The position numbers and the translations under genes were made by a program. A DNA stretch of 64,000 nt, taken from assembly GCF_934203365.1 (NCBI RefSeq), contig NZ_CAKPZA010000012.1. One strand, given 5' to 3'. The DNA comes from an uncultured Phascolarctobacterium sp. (GTDB taxonomy: Bacteria > Bacillota > Negativicutes > Acidaminococcales > Acidaminococcaceae). Shown in pieces: positions 1 to 10,664 of the stretch (positions are counted from its first letter, which is position 1; each line of letters begins with the position of its first letter). The notes beneath the pieces were generated by a model, which ran no database searches, was not told the DNA's origin, and saw only the letters and a program-made list of their open reading frames with translations.

Positions 1-2406
1 TGCTTCGTCAAAAGCAGATTGGGGTAAAGTGTATCTACAATATAGTTGCATACCACTTCCAGCTTTTCACGGCTTTCAGCAGGTGCCTGCTGCACCAAGG
101 GCAGCTGCAGAGCGTCGGCAACAGCTTCCTTCACAAAGTCACGCTGCTGCAGGCAGCGAATCAGCTCGCGGCACTGGTCAGCAATGCGGTCAATCAGTAT
201 ACCGTAGGTAATATTCAGCGGTTCATATATCAGGCTGCTGTTTTCCAGCAGATAGTAATAATCAAAGCCATATAACGCTGCAATCGCCTGTGTCAGGCTG
301 GGAATATTGCCGTTATCCAGACGCAGCAGCAGCCACAGATAATCCTCCAGCTGCTGTCCTTCCGGCGGCTGGCCCATAATATGCAGGCCTGTGTGTACCT
401 CCATATTCTTCAAATCCGTAATGTAATTATGCAGGCTCATCACGTATTCGTCGAAGGGTTTCTCCTCGTCATAAGCAACTTCGTCCTGCAGGTTGGCCTC
501 GGCAACCTTCGCCAGCACCAGCTCCTGCAAGCGCGGCAGATTATCAGGCTGCGTGCTGCTGAAGTGTACGTATTCGTCCATGAGCTTTTCCAGCTCCTCC
601 AGCTCGTCATACACTCCAGCCTGCGTCTGCGGTGCCGGCAAATGCTCAATCAGGCAGGCAGCGCCGCGGCGTTTTGCCTGAATACCTTCGCCCGTAATGG
701 TGATGTTATAGGGATAAATATTCGGCAAATCTCCCAATGACAAGTCAGGGTAACAGCTGCAGTCCAGGCCGGCATTCTTGCCCGGCAGCCACTCCAGGCT
801 GCCATGCGTGCCGATATGGGCAACAGCGTCTGCCTGCCACACATCGCGTACCCAACGGTAGAAGGCCAGATATTGATGTGTCGGTGCAACGTAAGGATCG
901 TGGTAAATCTTTTCCGGATCCTCGCCAAAACCACGCGGCGGCTGTACCGTTACGAAAACATTACCGTTCATCGTTCCCGGCACCAGGATATCGCCGTCAT
1001 ATTCCATAACAGAACCCGGCGCTTCGCCCCAGTCCTTCACCAGCTGCTCCTGCACCTTTTTATCCATCAATGCAAAGAATTCTTTATATTCTGCTCCCGT
1101 CAGCTTGTTGGCTGCGTCAATCTGCTTTTCCGTCAGCATGCTGCGGTCGTTGGTAGCATTGGCAGTCAGCAATTTGATAAATTCCTTCGTATCCTCCGGA
1201 ATCCAATCAACCTTATAGCCACGCTCGCGCATAGCAGCCAGCACGCGGCGGATGCTTTCGATTGTATCAAGGCCGATAGCACTGCCGATATTGGAATTAC
1301 GCGGCGGATAGTTATGGAAAATAATGGCGATTTTTTTCTCGCTGTTGGCCTTGTGGCGCAGCATCGCCCACTTCTTCGCCTTGGAAGCCATGCGCTTTAC
1401 ACGTTCTGTATTCGGCAGATATCGTACATCGCCGTTTTCCAACACCTTTTTATGTGCTACAGGCACACCATGAATAATACCATCAAACTCCGGCAGGGAA
1501 ACGCTGATAGAAACCTCCATCGCGTTCATGCCTTCGAAGCTGTTCTTCCATTCTTCGAAGGGCGCAATTGTTGTATAGGCAGCCAAAACCGGCACGTTAA
1601 ACTTTTTCAGATAATCAAGGTTAATCGAACCGCCGGTAGTCATGGAAAACTTCATCACATTTAGCAGCACATCGATTGCAGGCACACCGTCTGCCGTGCA
1701 GAAAAAGCTGTTGAAAACCTGCGTCAAACTGGGCATGCCCATTTCTTCAAGCGGCATGCCGTTGCTGAAAACGCAGACAGCGTTGACGCCCTGTGCTTCC
1801 AGTTCCTCTATCATCGCAGTCTGGTAGGTCAAATCGCCCCACACCCATTCATCACGGTAAAAAAGAATGCCTGCTGTCGGACGGCCGCTGACGCAAAAAT
1901 CACGCTGATATTCCGCCAAATCGGTATATACCTTTTTCGCCCGCGGATGATAAATACCACACCAGTGAATCGGGTTAGGCTCATCGACTGTAATAGCCTC
2001 ACCTTGCAGCAGCTGCTGCAGATATAACCACAGATTGCTATAGTTGATTTCGCCGCCGAACATGCAATATTTTTTGATAACTGCAAGCTGCTCCGGTGTC
2101 AGTCCCTGCGCCAGCTCGCCTTCCTTGCTGCCGGCAGCATCAATATAAAAGGGCAGGCGCAGCTGTTTCAGCAGGCTGACGCAGCGCTGCAGAAACGGTG
2201 TATCCAGGCCTGTACCCATCCATTTCATAATAACCAGCTTAGAGCCGGCAAGCTCCTTGTGCCATTTATCATCCCAAACCGTCGCATCGGTAATCCAACG
2301 GCAGGCGCAGGCATTATCCAGCTTGCCTTCCTGCTGCAGCTTTTCCATAGTCTGCTGCATCATACCCATGCGGCGAATAACATTCGTCAAGAAAATAACC
2401 TTCATA
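1..2406 (-). CDS. CobN/Mg-chelatase-H family chelatase, N-terminal ~800 aa, continues beyond the left window edge
   Basis: Manual minus-strand translation from ATG at 2406-2404 gives an uninterrupted frame to position 1 (MKVIFLTNVIRRMG...HIGTHGSLEWLPGKNAGL...). The HGSLEWLPGK box is typical of CobN/ChlH chelatases. The ORF track omits it because it runs off the edge. The plus-strand ORFs 804..1664 and 1642..1827 are antisense shadows. Confidence 0.75.
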
Positions 2407-2420
2407 ATTTCTACCTCATC

Positions 2421-3458
2421 TTAAAAGAACTGCTTCTGCATTCTGCGCAGCAGATACAGGAAATACGGCGTGCCCAGGAATGCTGTCATAATACCTACAC
2501 GCACCTCTGCCGGTGGCATAATAATGCGTCCCAGCGAATCGCAGAATACCAAAAAGGCTGCGCCGCCAAGTGCGCTGGCAGGCAAAAGCACGCGATGGTC
2601 AGGACCGATAAGCATACGCATCATATGCGGAATAACCAAGCCGACAAAGCCGATGTTGCCACTGACGCAAACGGAGGTAGCAGTAGTCATAGCAGCTACG
2701 AAAAGCAAACCCATGCGGAAAGCGGTAACAGGCATACCAACGGCTTTAGCTTCTGTTTCGCCCAGCACCAGAATGTTCAGGTGACGCGCCAGCATGCACA
2801 TAATCACAATACCGCACAGCACAGGTCCGACTGCCAGATATACATGCTCCCAGCGACGGTAATCAAGACCGCCGACCATCCAGAACAGATATTGCTGCAG
2901 CTTCTGCTCGTTCATAAAGGTGAGCAGACCGGAGGTAATGGCACCCAAAAGCATACCTACGGCAACGCCTGCCAAAAGCAACGTCATAACAGGTATTTTG
3001 CCGTTACGCATCGCCAAAAATACTGTCAGGCACACAGCACAGATACTGCCGCAAAAAGCAAAAGCCGGCATAGCAAACATGCTGCCGGAGGCTGCACCCA
3101 AAGCAATAGACAGCACGGCGCCGGTAGCAGCACCGGAGGAGATACCGATAAGACCGGGATCTGCCAGCGGGTTGCTGAAGATGCCCTGCATTACAGCGCC
3201 GGAAATACCCAGCGCTGCACCTACAAGCACACCTACCAGCATACGCGGCAGGCGGATATACCAGATAACAGCAAGCTGCTCTCTGGTGTAATCAGCCTCG
3301 GTAAAGCCTGGCAGATTCAGCTGAGTGCCGATAACCGCCAACGCTTTGCCTACCGGCACATCTATCTGACCGAAGGTCAGAGATACACAGGCAATAACAA
3401 CTAAGAGAACTGCTAAAAAAATAATAGCCAATGGACTCCGTTCACGTTTAATAATCAT
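2421..3458 (-). CDS. FecCD/BtuC-family ABC transporter permease (iron-siderophore/cobalamin type)
   Basis: 345 aa. About 9 predicted TM helices. The motif GISSGAATGAV and overall pattern are typical of FecCD permeases. Confidence 0.85.
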   Translation of the reverse strand: MIIKRERSPLAIIFLAVLLVVIACVSLTFGQIDVPVGKALAVIGTQLNLPGFTEADYTREQLAVIWYIRLPRMLVGVLVGAALGISGAVMQGIFSNPLADPGLIGISSGAATGAVLSIALGAASGSMFAMPAFAFCGSICAVCLTVFLAMRNGKIPVMTLLLAGVAVGMLLGAITSGLLTFMNEQKLQQYLFWMVGGLDYRRWEHVYLAVGPVLCGIVIMCMLARHLNILVLGETEAKAVGMPVTAFRMGLLFVAAMTTATSVCVSGNIGFVGLVIPHMMRMLIGPDHRVLLPASALGGAAFLVFCDSLGRIIMPPAEVRVGIMTAFLGTPYFLYLLRRMQKQFF

Positions 3459-3474
3459 CTACAAACACACTTCC

Positions 3475-4446
3475 TCAAAAAATTTCCGGATATACAGCAT
3501 GCGCGATGTTTTCAATAGCATCGACAATATGCTGGCTGGCAACATAGCGGTATTTATCCGAAACAAACTTAATCTGCTTGTTGCGTACAGCCTTGACATC
3601 GCGATAAGCAGGGTCATTCATTACGGCATAAGCATAACCCTGCACATCCTGTTTATTGTTGTAATTCCAGGTCGGCAACATAAAAATATCCGGATTTATG
3701 CGTACCACCTGTTCCTTGCTGATAGCAGGCATACCATGCTCGCTCTTGTTTTCATCGGCAACAATGGCCGCGCCGTTGATAACATGCGCCATCGTCAGCA
3801 TACTGTCTAGCAAATCGCCCCTACGCCCCATGGCAGAAGTAAAATTAAAGGCTACGGCAACTCGCCTTTGGCTTGACGGAATCTGGCGCAAGCGTTTTTG
3901 CAGCTGCTGCAGGTGCGTGTCCATCTTCTGCACCATCAGCTCCCCCTGCTGCTTTTCGCCCACCGCTGCAGCTATGCCGCGGATTTTGTCGCACATCTCC
4001 TTGTAATTATGCGGGCTGCGCGCTATATATACAGGCACGCCCAAGCCCTCCAGACTGCGCACCAAATCACTGGAGGTGGCTGTTGAAGCAACGACAAGGT
4101 CAGGCTGCAATGCATATACGGCTTCCGTATTCTCCGGCACCTTGCGTCCCACGGTATAAGCCTGCTCCTTGGTAATAAAGCTTATTTCGCTGTCGCCCGC
4201 CCAACGGCTGTAGGCCATAATGCGTTTGATATCAACCAAATCGGTAAGAATTTCGTCCGTACCATAGGTAAGCGAAACAATCCGCTGCGGCTTATGCTCA
4301 AAGCGCAGCGTCCGTCCGACATCATCCGTAACGCTGTAGGCTGCATCCACCGCCGACGGAGCAGGAACATCCGCAGCCTGCTGCTTACTGCATCCTGCAG
4401 TAAAAACCAAAAGCAACAGGCTGATAATCATCAATAGCTTTTTCAT
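3475..4446 (-). CDS. Periplasmic binding protein (BtuF/FhuD-like class III SBP), lipoprotein
   Basis: Signal peptide plus lipobox LVFTAGCS. Size ~320 aa. Peripla_BP_2-like sequence. Adjacent to the FecCD permease. Confidence 0.8.
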   Translation of the reverse strand: MKKLLMIISLLLLVFTAGCSKQQAADVPAPSAVDAAYSVTDDVGRTLRFEHKPQRIVSLTYGTDEILTDLVDIKRIMAYSRWAGDSEISFITKEQAYTVGRKVPENTEAVYALQPDLVVASTATSSDLVRSLEGLGVPVYIARSPHNYKEMCDKIRGIAAAVGEKQQGELMVQKMDTHLQQLQKRLRQIPSSQRRVAVAFNFTSAMGRRGDLLDSMLTMAHVINGAAIVADENKSEHGMPAISKEQVVRINPDIFMLPTWNYNNKQDVQGYAYAVMNDPAYRDVKAVRNKQIKFVSDKYRYVASQHIVDAIENIAHAVYPEIF

Positions 4447-4453
4447 AGACCAC

Positions 4454-5749
4454 CTACTCTACTTTATTCTTTTTCCTACGGATAAAGCAATTCCACAGTC
4501 GCTCCAGCATGTAAGCACTGCCTTGCAGGCCTACCATCGGCTGCTTGGTAATAAACACCTCATCATTCGTAGGATAGCAGATATTGCAGGCCTCAAAGCT
4601 GCACTGCTTTCTGCGGTAAAGAACCGAGCTTTCGCTGCTGCTGCTCAGCAGCAGTACATTGTCACAGCTTTTAAAGTATTCGCTGATGGCAGCATCATCC
4701 ACACCAACAGTATAAATCGCCTCAGCCGTATCACAGGCAGGCGCATCCTTGAGCTGCTGTTGGCAGATGACCGTCAGCCTGCCGATGTCAGTCCATTCCG
4801 TGCGCAGCGTCTGTGCGAGGCACAGCGCCTGTGTAGCAGGTGCACTGACGAGCACATTGTCAAACCACATGCTGCCCCAAAGCGCAATCGCTTCATTATT
4901 ACGGCTCAGCAGATAATTATCCTGTGCCTGAGCTTCTGCCGTTACCTTATCCATAGAGGGAGCAGGCAACTGTGCATTTATCTGCTGCAGCCAGCGCAGC
5001 GTTCCCTGCACACCGTAAGGCAGTCCGGCAAAAATATACGGCGTACCGTATTTTTTCTGCAGATATTCAGCCAGCGGCAAGCCCAGCTCCGCATTGGTAA
5101 CAATGTTCAGCGAAGCCTCCGGCAAGCGCTGCAGCTCCTCCAGCGTGCATTCGCAGCCGGGAGTGCAAAGCACCTCATAGCCTGCCAGCTGCAGCAATCT
5201 TTTTATTTCCTGCGTATCGGCAGCACCCTGCAGATAAAATTCCGATTGTCCTAAAACATTTACTGCCAAGGGCTTTGCCGTCGCAGTCTGCGGCAACAGC
5301 TGCGCAAACAGCTTCTTGGCAGCCTTGGCGTAGCCTTCGGCAAAGCCGCCGACCATACCGCCGCTGTCCAATGTAACTACGGGGAACGGCAGCTGCAGCT
5401 TGCGCGCCATGCCCGCAAGGTCATCACCGATTAAGCTCAGCGAGCAGCTGCTTTCCAAAAGCAGTACCGACGGCTTGTGACCATCTTCCAGCATACGCTG
5501 CAGCTCCTGCGTTACATATTCCTCGGAGCCGTAAATAACAGCGTTATTATCAGGCTGAGAGCCGTAAAAGCGCGTATACATATCGGGGCGCGCCTTTTCC
5601 AGATGTCTAAGAGCATAAAAATAACACCACAACGGTCCGTTAATCAAAACCTCACTCTTGTCAATAGCAGCAAAAAAGGCACCTGCACCTGTCAGCGCAC
5701 AGGTATCCACTCGCTCGCAGATATTGCCCCAGCCTTGTTTTTCAGACAT
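4454..5749 (-). CDS. Nitrogenase component-1-type oxidoreductase subunit (NifK/NifD-like paralog)
   Basis: 431 aa with Cys-containing nitrogenase-component-1 family pattern. 8-nt overlap with the upstream NifD-like gene suggests translational coupling. Confidence 0.7.
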   Translation of the reverse strand: MSEKQGWGNICERVDTCALTGAGAFFAAIDKSEVLINGPLWCYFYALRHLEKARPDMYTRFYGSQPDNNAVIYGSEEYVTQELQRMLEDGHKPSVLLLESSCSLSLIGDDLAGMARKLQLPFPVVTLDSGGMVGGFAEGYAKAAKKLFAQLLPQTATAKPLAVNVLGQSEFYLQGAADTQEIKRLLQLAGYEVLCTPGCECTLEELQRLPEASLNIVTNAELGLPLAEYLQKKYGTPYIFAGLPYGVQGTLRWLQQINAQLPAPSMDKVTAEAQAQDNYLLSRNNEAIALWGSMWFDNVLVSAPATQALCLAQTLRTEWTDIGRLTVICQQQLKDAPACDTAEAIYTVGVDDAAISEYFKSCDNVLLLSSSSESSVLYRRKQCSFEACNICYPTNDEVFITKQPMVGLQGSAYMLERLWNCFIRRKKNKVE

Positions 5750-7061
5750 AGCGCACGCCTCCCTTCAGCCTGCTGCACAGACTCTGATAAATTCCCTGCA
5801 TCATCTTGACCTCACCGGCAACGGCAACCTGCGGCAACATCGGCAGGAAAATCTGGCGTGCTTCCTTGTTCTGCAGCTCGTGCGTCGTCAGCACAATATC
5901 AGCCTGCGCCACCAGCTTTTCGCCCTCCGCCGTAGTATATACAGGTACATCGCTGTTTTCCTGCACAACCTTCAGCATCGCTTTACGCTCATCACCGTCA
6001 TAGGAATCCAGCAGGATAATGCCTGTAAGATTCAAGCGCAAAAGTCTGATGGTCTGCAGGATATTGCCCGGATGAAAATATCTCAGGATACGGCCGATGC
6101 ACAGCACTGTTTTCTTGCCTTCCGTTACCGGCAGAAAATGCTGCAGCTGCTCATCTAAGCGCTGCTGCTCCAGCTTCAGCACCTGCTGTGCCAGCGCCTC
6201 ACGCCCCAGCATACGTCCTATGCTGATAATCCAGTCCTGCGTTTCCTGCCAACCGACAGGATAAATATCGGCCAGATAATGTGTGCCGTATTTTTCCTGC
6301 AGCTGCTCTGCAACCTTACGCAAACCGATGTGCGTCTGCCCACGGCCGCCAAGCACAACAGCATATTCGGCAGCCGCCACCTTTTCCAGCTCATCCATAG
6401 CCATATATCCGGGGAACTGACCGATGACCTCTACGCCAAATTCCTGCAGAATACGCGTAACCTCTTTTGCATAATGGCCCCACGGGCCACCGTTATCACC
6501 TAAAAGCAGCACGCTGTCCTTTTGCTTGGCGCAAGGCTTCACAAAGCGTTCCAACAGCTTCTGCGTAATTTCAAAATAACCATCATAATATTCTGCACCT
6601 AAAAAGCCACAGCATTCAACAGTCAGAATAGGAACATTATATTCCTCCTCCACCTCGCGTGCCACGGATTCCACATCGTCACCGATAACACCGGCCACGC
6701 AGGAATTGGCAATCATCAGGCATTTGGGTTTATATGTTTCAATAGCAAAGCGCAGGCATTTTTCCAAACGTGCCACTCCGCCGAAAATTGCATCCTTTTC
6801 CTGCATCTGGCTGCTGAGCAACGGTACGGAGCCCCACTGCTCGCGCTCATTCTCGGAAAGAGTGCGGTATTGGGAATTGATATCCATTGTACGTGCTACA
6901 TGAGCGCAGGCACGCGGGCTGTGAAAAACTACTACAGCGCCGTCCATATAGGCAACAGCGCGCCACACGCCCGGCATACTGCAGCTGCAGCTTTTGCGTG
7001 CACTGTAAAAACGTCTGGTTTTAATTGCCATATTCGGCCACCAGCTTTTCAAGCTCTTCAA
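5742..7061 (-). CDS. Nitrogenase component-1-type oxidoreductase subunit (NifD/NifE-like paralog)
   Basis: 439 aa. The '[12 protein letters not shown]' region resembles NifD/E/BchN family cluster-binding segments. The true start may be the internal Met (MAIKTRRF, ~7031), which overlaps the nifH-like stop. Confidence 0.7.
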   Translation of the reverse strand: MKSLKSWWPNMAIKTRRFYSARKSCSCSMPGVWRAVAYMDGAVVVFHSPRACAHVARTMDINSQYRTLSENEREQWGSVPLLSSQMQEKDAIFGGVARLEKCLRFAIETYKPKCLMIANSCVAGVIGDDVESVAREVEEEYNVPILTVECCGFLGAEYYDGYFEITQKLLERFVKPCAKQKDSVLLLGDNGGPWGHYAKEVTRILQEFGVEVIGQFPGYMAMDELEKVAAAEYAVVLGGRGQTHIGLRKVAEQLQEKYGTHYLADIYPVGWQETQDWIISIGRMLGREALAQQVLKLEQQRLDEQLQHFLPVTEGKKTVLCIGRILRYFHPGNILQTIRLLRLNLTGIILLDSYDGDERKAMLKVVQENSDVPVYTTAEGEKLVAQADIVLTTHELQNKEARQIFLPMLPQVAVAGEVKMMQGIYQSLCSRLKGGVRYV

Positions 7062-7827
7062 AGCTCATCGGCGTAGGAATAGCCATGTTTTCATTATGCC
7101 AGATATCATGCGCCAGCTTGCGGTAAACCTCAGCCTGAGCGCTTTCCGGTGCATATTGCAGCACAGTCTGGCGATTGTTTTCTGCCTTGTTGACGATAAC
7201 GTCACGCGGAATAAAGGCAATCAGCTGTGTGTGCAGGCGTTTAGCGAACTCCTGCAGCAGCTGCTGCTCGTTAGGTGTATTACGGCCGTTACCGATGATA
7301 CCTCCAAGTCGCACACCGCCGCGCATAGCAAAACGCTTAACACCCTTAGCGATGTTGTTGGCAGCATAAAGGCTCATCAGCTCACCGGAAGAAACAATAT
7401 ATATATCAGTTGCGTAGCCCTCGCGAATAGGCACGGCGAAACCGCCGCAGACTACGTCACCCAGAACGTCGTACATAATAAGGTCCTCGTCCGTCAACAC
7501 CTCCAGCGAACGCAGCTTTTCCAAAGCCACGATAATACCGCGGCCCGCACAGCCTACGCCCGGCTCAGGACCGCCGGCCTCTACGCATTTGATGCCGTTA
7601 TAGCCTGTATGGACAATATCCTCTGCCGCAACCTCATCATTATCGCGCACCATATCCAGCACAGTCTGACTGCAGATGCGTCCCAGCAAAAGTCTGGTAG
7701 AATCATTTTTCGGATCGCAGCCGATCTGGCAAACCTTAAGACCTTCCTCGCTGAATGCAGCCGACAGATTTGATGTTGTTGTGGACTTGCCGATACCGCC
7801 CTTACCATAAATCGCAATTTTTTTCAT
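7021..7827 (-). CDS. NifH/BchL/CfbC-family ATPase, Fe-protein-like reductase component
   Basis: N-terminal P-loop [15 protein letters not shown]. Both [4Fe-4S] ligand cysteines are present (CAGRG, VCGGF). 268 aa. Confidence 0.85.
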   Translation of the reverse strand: MKKIAIYGKGGIGKSTTTSNLSAAFSEEGLKVCQIGCDPKNDSTRLLLGRICSQTVLDMVRDNDEVAAEDIVHTGYNGIKCVEAGGPEPGVGCAGRGIIVALEKLRSLEVLTDEDLIMYDVLGDVVCGGFAVPIREGYATDIYIVSSGELMSLYAANNIAKGVKRFAMRGGVRLGGIIGNGRNTPNEQQLLQEFAKRLHTQLIAFIPRDVIVNKAENNRQTVLQYAPESAQAEVYRKLAHDIWHNENMAIPTPMSFEELEKLVAEYGN

Positions 7828-7930
7828 TAGACATTGACCTCCATCCTATACTCAAAAACTTCTATTCAACTAGCAAGGAAAATATGATATAATTTACTAG
7901 ATAAAAAGAAGTGATATTACTCCTTTTAAT

Positions 7931-7959
7931 ATTAAACTATATACTAGTATTATAGTCAA
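7931..7959 (-). promoter_or_regulatory. Putative sigma-70 promoter for the nif-like operon with an embedded perfect 10-bp palindrome ATACTAGTAT (candidate MerR-type operator)
   Basis: On the minus strand: TTGACT (7959-7954), 17-nt spacer, TTTAAT (7936-7931). The palindrome 7941-7950 lies inside the spacer. The site is in the divergent region shared with the MerR-family gene. Confidence 0.4.
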
Positions 7960-7976
7960 GCTTATGAGGAACAATT

Positions 7977-8837
7977 ATGATTAATAAAGACAAGCGAAAG
8001 TACTTTACTGCCGGCGAGCTGGCAGCAATTTTTAATATATCCAAGCAGTCATTGCTCTACTACGATAAGGTTAACCTACTTTCACCCGATTTTGTCAGTG
8101 AAAACGGTTACCGCAATTATTCCATCCAACAGTTTTTGGATTTGGAGATAATAGTTAACCTGCGTGCGCTTGATATCAGCATCGCCAATATCAAAAAATA
8201 TCTGGATGACCGCAGCAAGGAGCATTTCCTGCAGTTGCTGCAGGAAAAAACAGCGGAATGTCAGGCCATCATCCGCAGCAATCAGGAAATCTGCGACACC
8301 ATCGAACGCATCAAGGAGGATATGCACGTCAAGGAGCTTAATCCCTGCCGTCACCTGACGCTCAGCTGGCAAAATGACCGTCTGCTACGCCTCACGCCGC
8401 TTGCGGAAAGTGACGACGGTAAAAGCCGTATTACTAAGTTTGCGCGTCACGGCCAAAGACGCGCACATCACAAGGGAGCTCTGCCTAATCATGCCGGTTG
8501 GGTTTTAGATCAGGAGAGCTTTTTTAAGACGCATGATTTTCTGCATTCACAGGCATATTTTTCCTGCGTCACCAGCGCTACCAAGCACAGGCAGTCCATA
8601 AAAATGACACTGCCCGCAGGTCTTTATCTGGAAATCATTTTTTCCGGTACCTTCTGCGAAAACGCTGCCAAGCTGTCCAAACGTATAGAACACTTTCTGC
8701 AGGCCAATGATTTGGAGCCTGTCGGCAATATTTATATCCTTCCTTTGGAAAATCATTGGTTCTCCTGCGACTGCGAGCAGTACGTCAACAAAATCTTTCT
8801 GAAGGTTGAAGATAAGGATACAACTTCTCTAACGTAA
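7977..8837 (+). CDS. MerR-family transcriptional regulator with C-terminal effector-binding (GyrI-like) domain
   Basis: N-terminal HTH pattern YFTAGELAAIFNISKQSLLYYDKVNLL is typical of MerR. 286 aa. Divergent from the nifH-like operon. Confidence 0.8.
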   Translation: MINKDKRKYFTAGELAAIFNISKQSLLYYDKVNLLSPDFVSENGYRNYSIQQFLDLEIIVNLRALDISIANIKKYLDDRSKEHFLQLLQEKTAECQAIIRSNQEICDTIERIKEDMHVKELNPCRHLTLSWQNDRLLRLTPLAESDDGKSRITKFARHGQRRAHHKGALPNHAGWVLDQESFFKTHDFLHSQAYFSCVTSATKHRQSIKMTLPAGLYLEIIFSGTFCENAAKLSKRIEHFLQANDLEPVGNIYILPLENHWFSCDCEQYVNKIFLKVEDKDTTSLT

Positions 8838-8902
8838 AAAATATACTGCGTTTTGCTTCCAGCGAAGCATTCGCACAAAATATCCAAGACAGCCTTTACT
8901 CC

Positions 8903-8928
8903 GTCCGCTCCATGTGAGCGGACTTTTT
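8903..8928 (+). terminator. Rho-independent terminator after the MerR-like gene
   Basis: gtccgctc-catgt-gagcggac hairpin followed by TTTTT. Confidence 0.6.
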
Positions 8929-8934
8929 GCATGC

Positions 8935-8974
8935 AAAAAACGCTAAAGACTTTCGCAAGCCTTTAGCGTTTTTG
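8935..8974. terminator. Bidirectional terminator hairpin (serves recO on the minus strand)
   Basis: aaaaaa-cgctaaag...ctttagcg-ttttt. An A-tract upstream and a T-tract downstream give U-runs in both orientations. Confidence 0.55.
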
Positions 8975-9016
8975 TTTACGTTTTACGTTCTTCAATTAAG
9001 CGCCTTCTCCGCAGCC

Positions 9017-9778
9017 TCACAGCTGCAGCTGACTCAAAAAGTTTAAGCTGTTCAACGGCTTATCCGTCTGAAAGAAGATAAACTTGAAGAGAATTTTTTC
9101 CAGCTCCATGAGCGCACCGCCACGCACCTTAAAGGGCGCCGGCTGCTCGTAATCAAGCTGCGCCAGCCACTGCCACAGCTCGCGTGTTTCCGCACTGCAC
9201 GGTTCTAGCCCGTCACCGTTATAACTGCTTTTGCAGCTGCTGCAGATAAGTCCGCCCTGCAGCGGACTGAACCATGCACCCTCCTGCGCCGTCACAGCCT
9301 CACCGCAATGCACGCAATGCGTAAGCTGCGGTGCAAAACCAGTAGCCGCCAGCAATTTTATAGCATAGGACAAAACTACCAGACGCGGATTGCGCTGCAT
9401 CAGCGCCGCCAAGGCAGCGCCCAGCATTTCATAAAGCTCCGGCTGCGGCACTCTGTCCTCCGTCAGCACGGCAGTCAGCTCCGACGCCACCGCCGCATAA
9501 GCCATCTGCTGCATATCCATCGACTTGGGCATCTGCAAAAGCTCACAGCTGCGCAACTTGTCTATCTTCTGCCCCTGCTGAACCTCAATATGCAGATTGG
9601 CAAAGGGCTGCAGCAATCTGCCATGTATATTTTTTTCATAGCGGGCACCATAGGCGATAAAGCGCAACTTGCCATGCTCCTTCGTAAAGCAGACCGCATA
9701 TTTATCAGCCGTCTGCCAGTTTTTTACATGCAAAACAAGGGCATCATCTGCCAAAAGCTCCCTTTGCGACTCACTCAT
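9017..9778 (-). CDS. recO: DNA repair protein RecO
   Basis: 253 aa. C-terminal zinc-binding CVHCG...CSSC motif. Canonical position next to era. Confidence 0.8.
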   Translation of the reverse strand: MSESQRELLADDALVLHVKNWQTADKYAVCFTKEHGKLRFIAYGARYEKNIHGRLLQPFANLHIEVQQGQKIDKLRSCELLQMPKSMDMQQMAYAAVASELTAVLTEDRVPQPELYEMLGAALAALMQRNPRLVVLSYAIKLLAATGFAPQLTHCVHCGEAVTAQEGAWFSPLQGGLICSSCKSSYNGDGLEPCSAETRELWQWLAQLDYEQPAPFKVRGGALMELEKILFKFIFFQTDKPLNSLNFLSQLQL

Positions 9779-10619
9779 CCTGCTGTTCTTCCTTCTGCTT
9801 TTGCTCCTGCGGCAGCTTCGTAGCCAGCACGCGAACTACACGGAAGCCCTCCGTGCGCAACACCTTAAAACTATAGCCGGAAATTTCCACAACATCGCCA
9901 ATCTCAGGCTTGCGCCCCAGCAAACCGAATACATAACCGCCGATGGTATCCTCCTCCGGATCATCAAATACAATCGGCAGCTGCTCTGCCACATCGTCCA
10001 GCAGCACCATACCGTCAAATTCAATACTGCCATCGGGAAGCTGCAATACATCCGGCGGCTCCTGCGCTTCATGCTCGTCCTGAATATCACCGACAAATTC
10101 CTCCACGAGGTCCTCCATCGTAATCAGGCCTGCAGTACCACCGTACTCATCTGCTACAAGCACCATCTGCACATGACGCTGCTGCATCAGGCGCAAGGCC
10201 TTCGGCACCGGCATAGCCTCAGGAATAACAACAATCGGACGCATCAGGCGGCGCAGGTCAAAGGTAGTCTGCCCCGGCTTAATCTTCAGCAGGTCGCGCA
10301 CATGCAGCGTTCCCACAACCTGATCCTTGTCCTCCATGCAGAGCGGATAGCGTGTATGATGACTGCTGCGCACAACAGCCATATTTTCTGCCAGCGTATC
10401 GTCCAAAAACAGGCATACCATATCCTGTCTTGGTACCATGACCTCGCGCGCCACACGGTCGGCAAAGTCAAACACATTGCCGATCATGCTGCCCTCGACA
10501 TGGTCAATCTGGCCATGTCGCTCACTGGCGCTCACCAGCCGGCGCAGTTCGTCCTCACTGCTGGCGCTGCCCTCCTTGTGCCAGGTACCGGTTTTCAGGT
10601 AATACCAGGCAAGCGGCAA
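9771..10619 (-). CDS. CorC/CNNM-type CBS-pair + CorC_HlyC domain protein (soluble, no DUF21 membrane domain)
   Basis: 282 aa. CBS pair followed by the transporter-associated domain. Acidic C-terminus. Confidence 0.7.
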   Translation of the reverse strand: MPLAWYYLKTGTWHKEGSASSEDELRRLVSASERHGQIDHVEGSMIGNVFDFADRVAREVMVPRQDMVCLFLDDTLAENMAVVRSSHHTRYPLCMEDKDQVVGTLHVRDLLKIKPGQTTFDLRRLMRPIVVIPEAMPVPKALRLMQQRHVQMVLVADEYGGTAGLITMEDLVEEFVGDIQDEHEAQEPPDVLQLPDGSIEFDGMVLLDDVAEQLPIVFDDPEEDTIGGYVFGLLGRKPEIGDVVEISGYSFKVLRTEGFRVVRVLATKLPQEQKQKEEQQDE

Positions 10620-10664
10620 CCTGTGCCAGAAATCAATCAGTTTCCGAAAAAAGTTGATAAGTCC

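Noticed and set aside
804-1827. Plus-strand ORFs 804..1664 (286 aa) and 1642..1827 that overlap the cobN region
   Set aside because: Low-complexity, antisense to an uninterrupted CobN-like frame on the minus strand that carries the HGSLEWLPGK box. Shadow ORFs.
2259-3404. 381-aa plus-strand ORF overlapping the permease gene
   Set aside because: Gln/His/Arg-rich nonsense composition. The opposite strand encodes a clean 9-TM FecCD permease.
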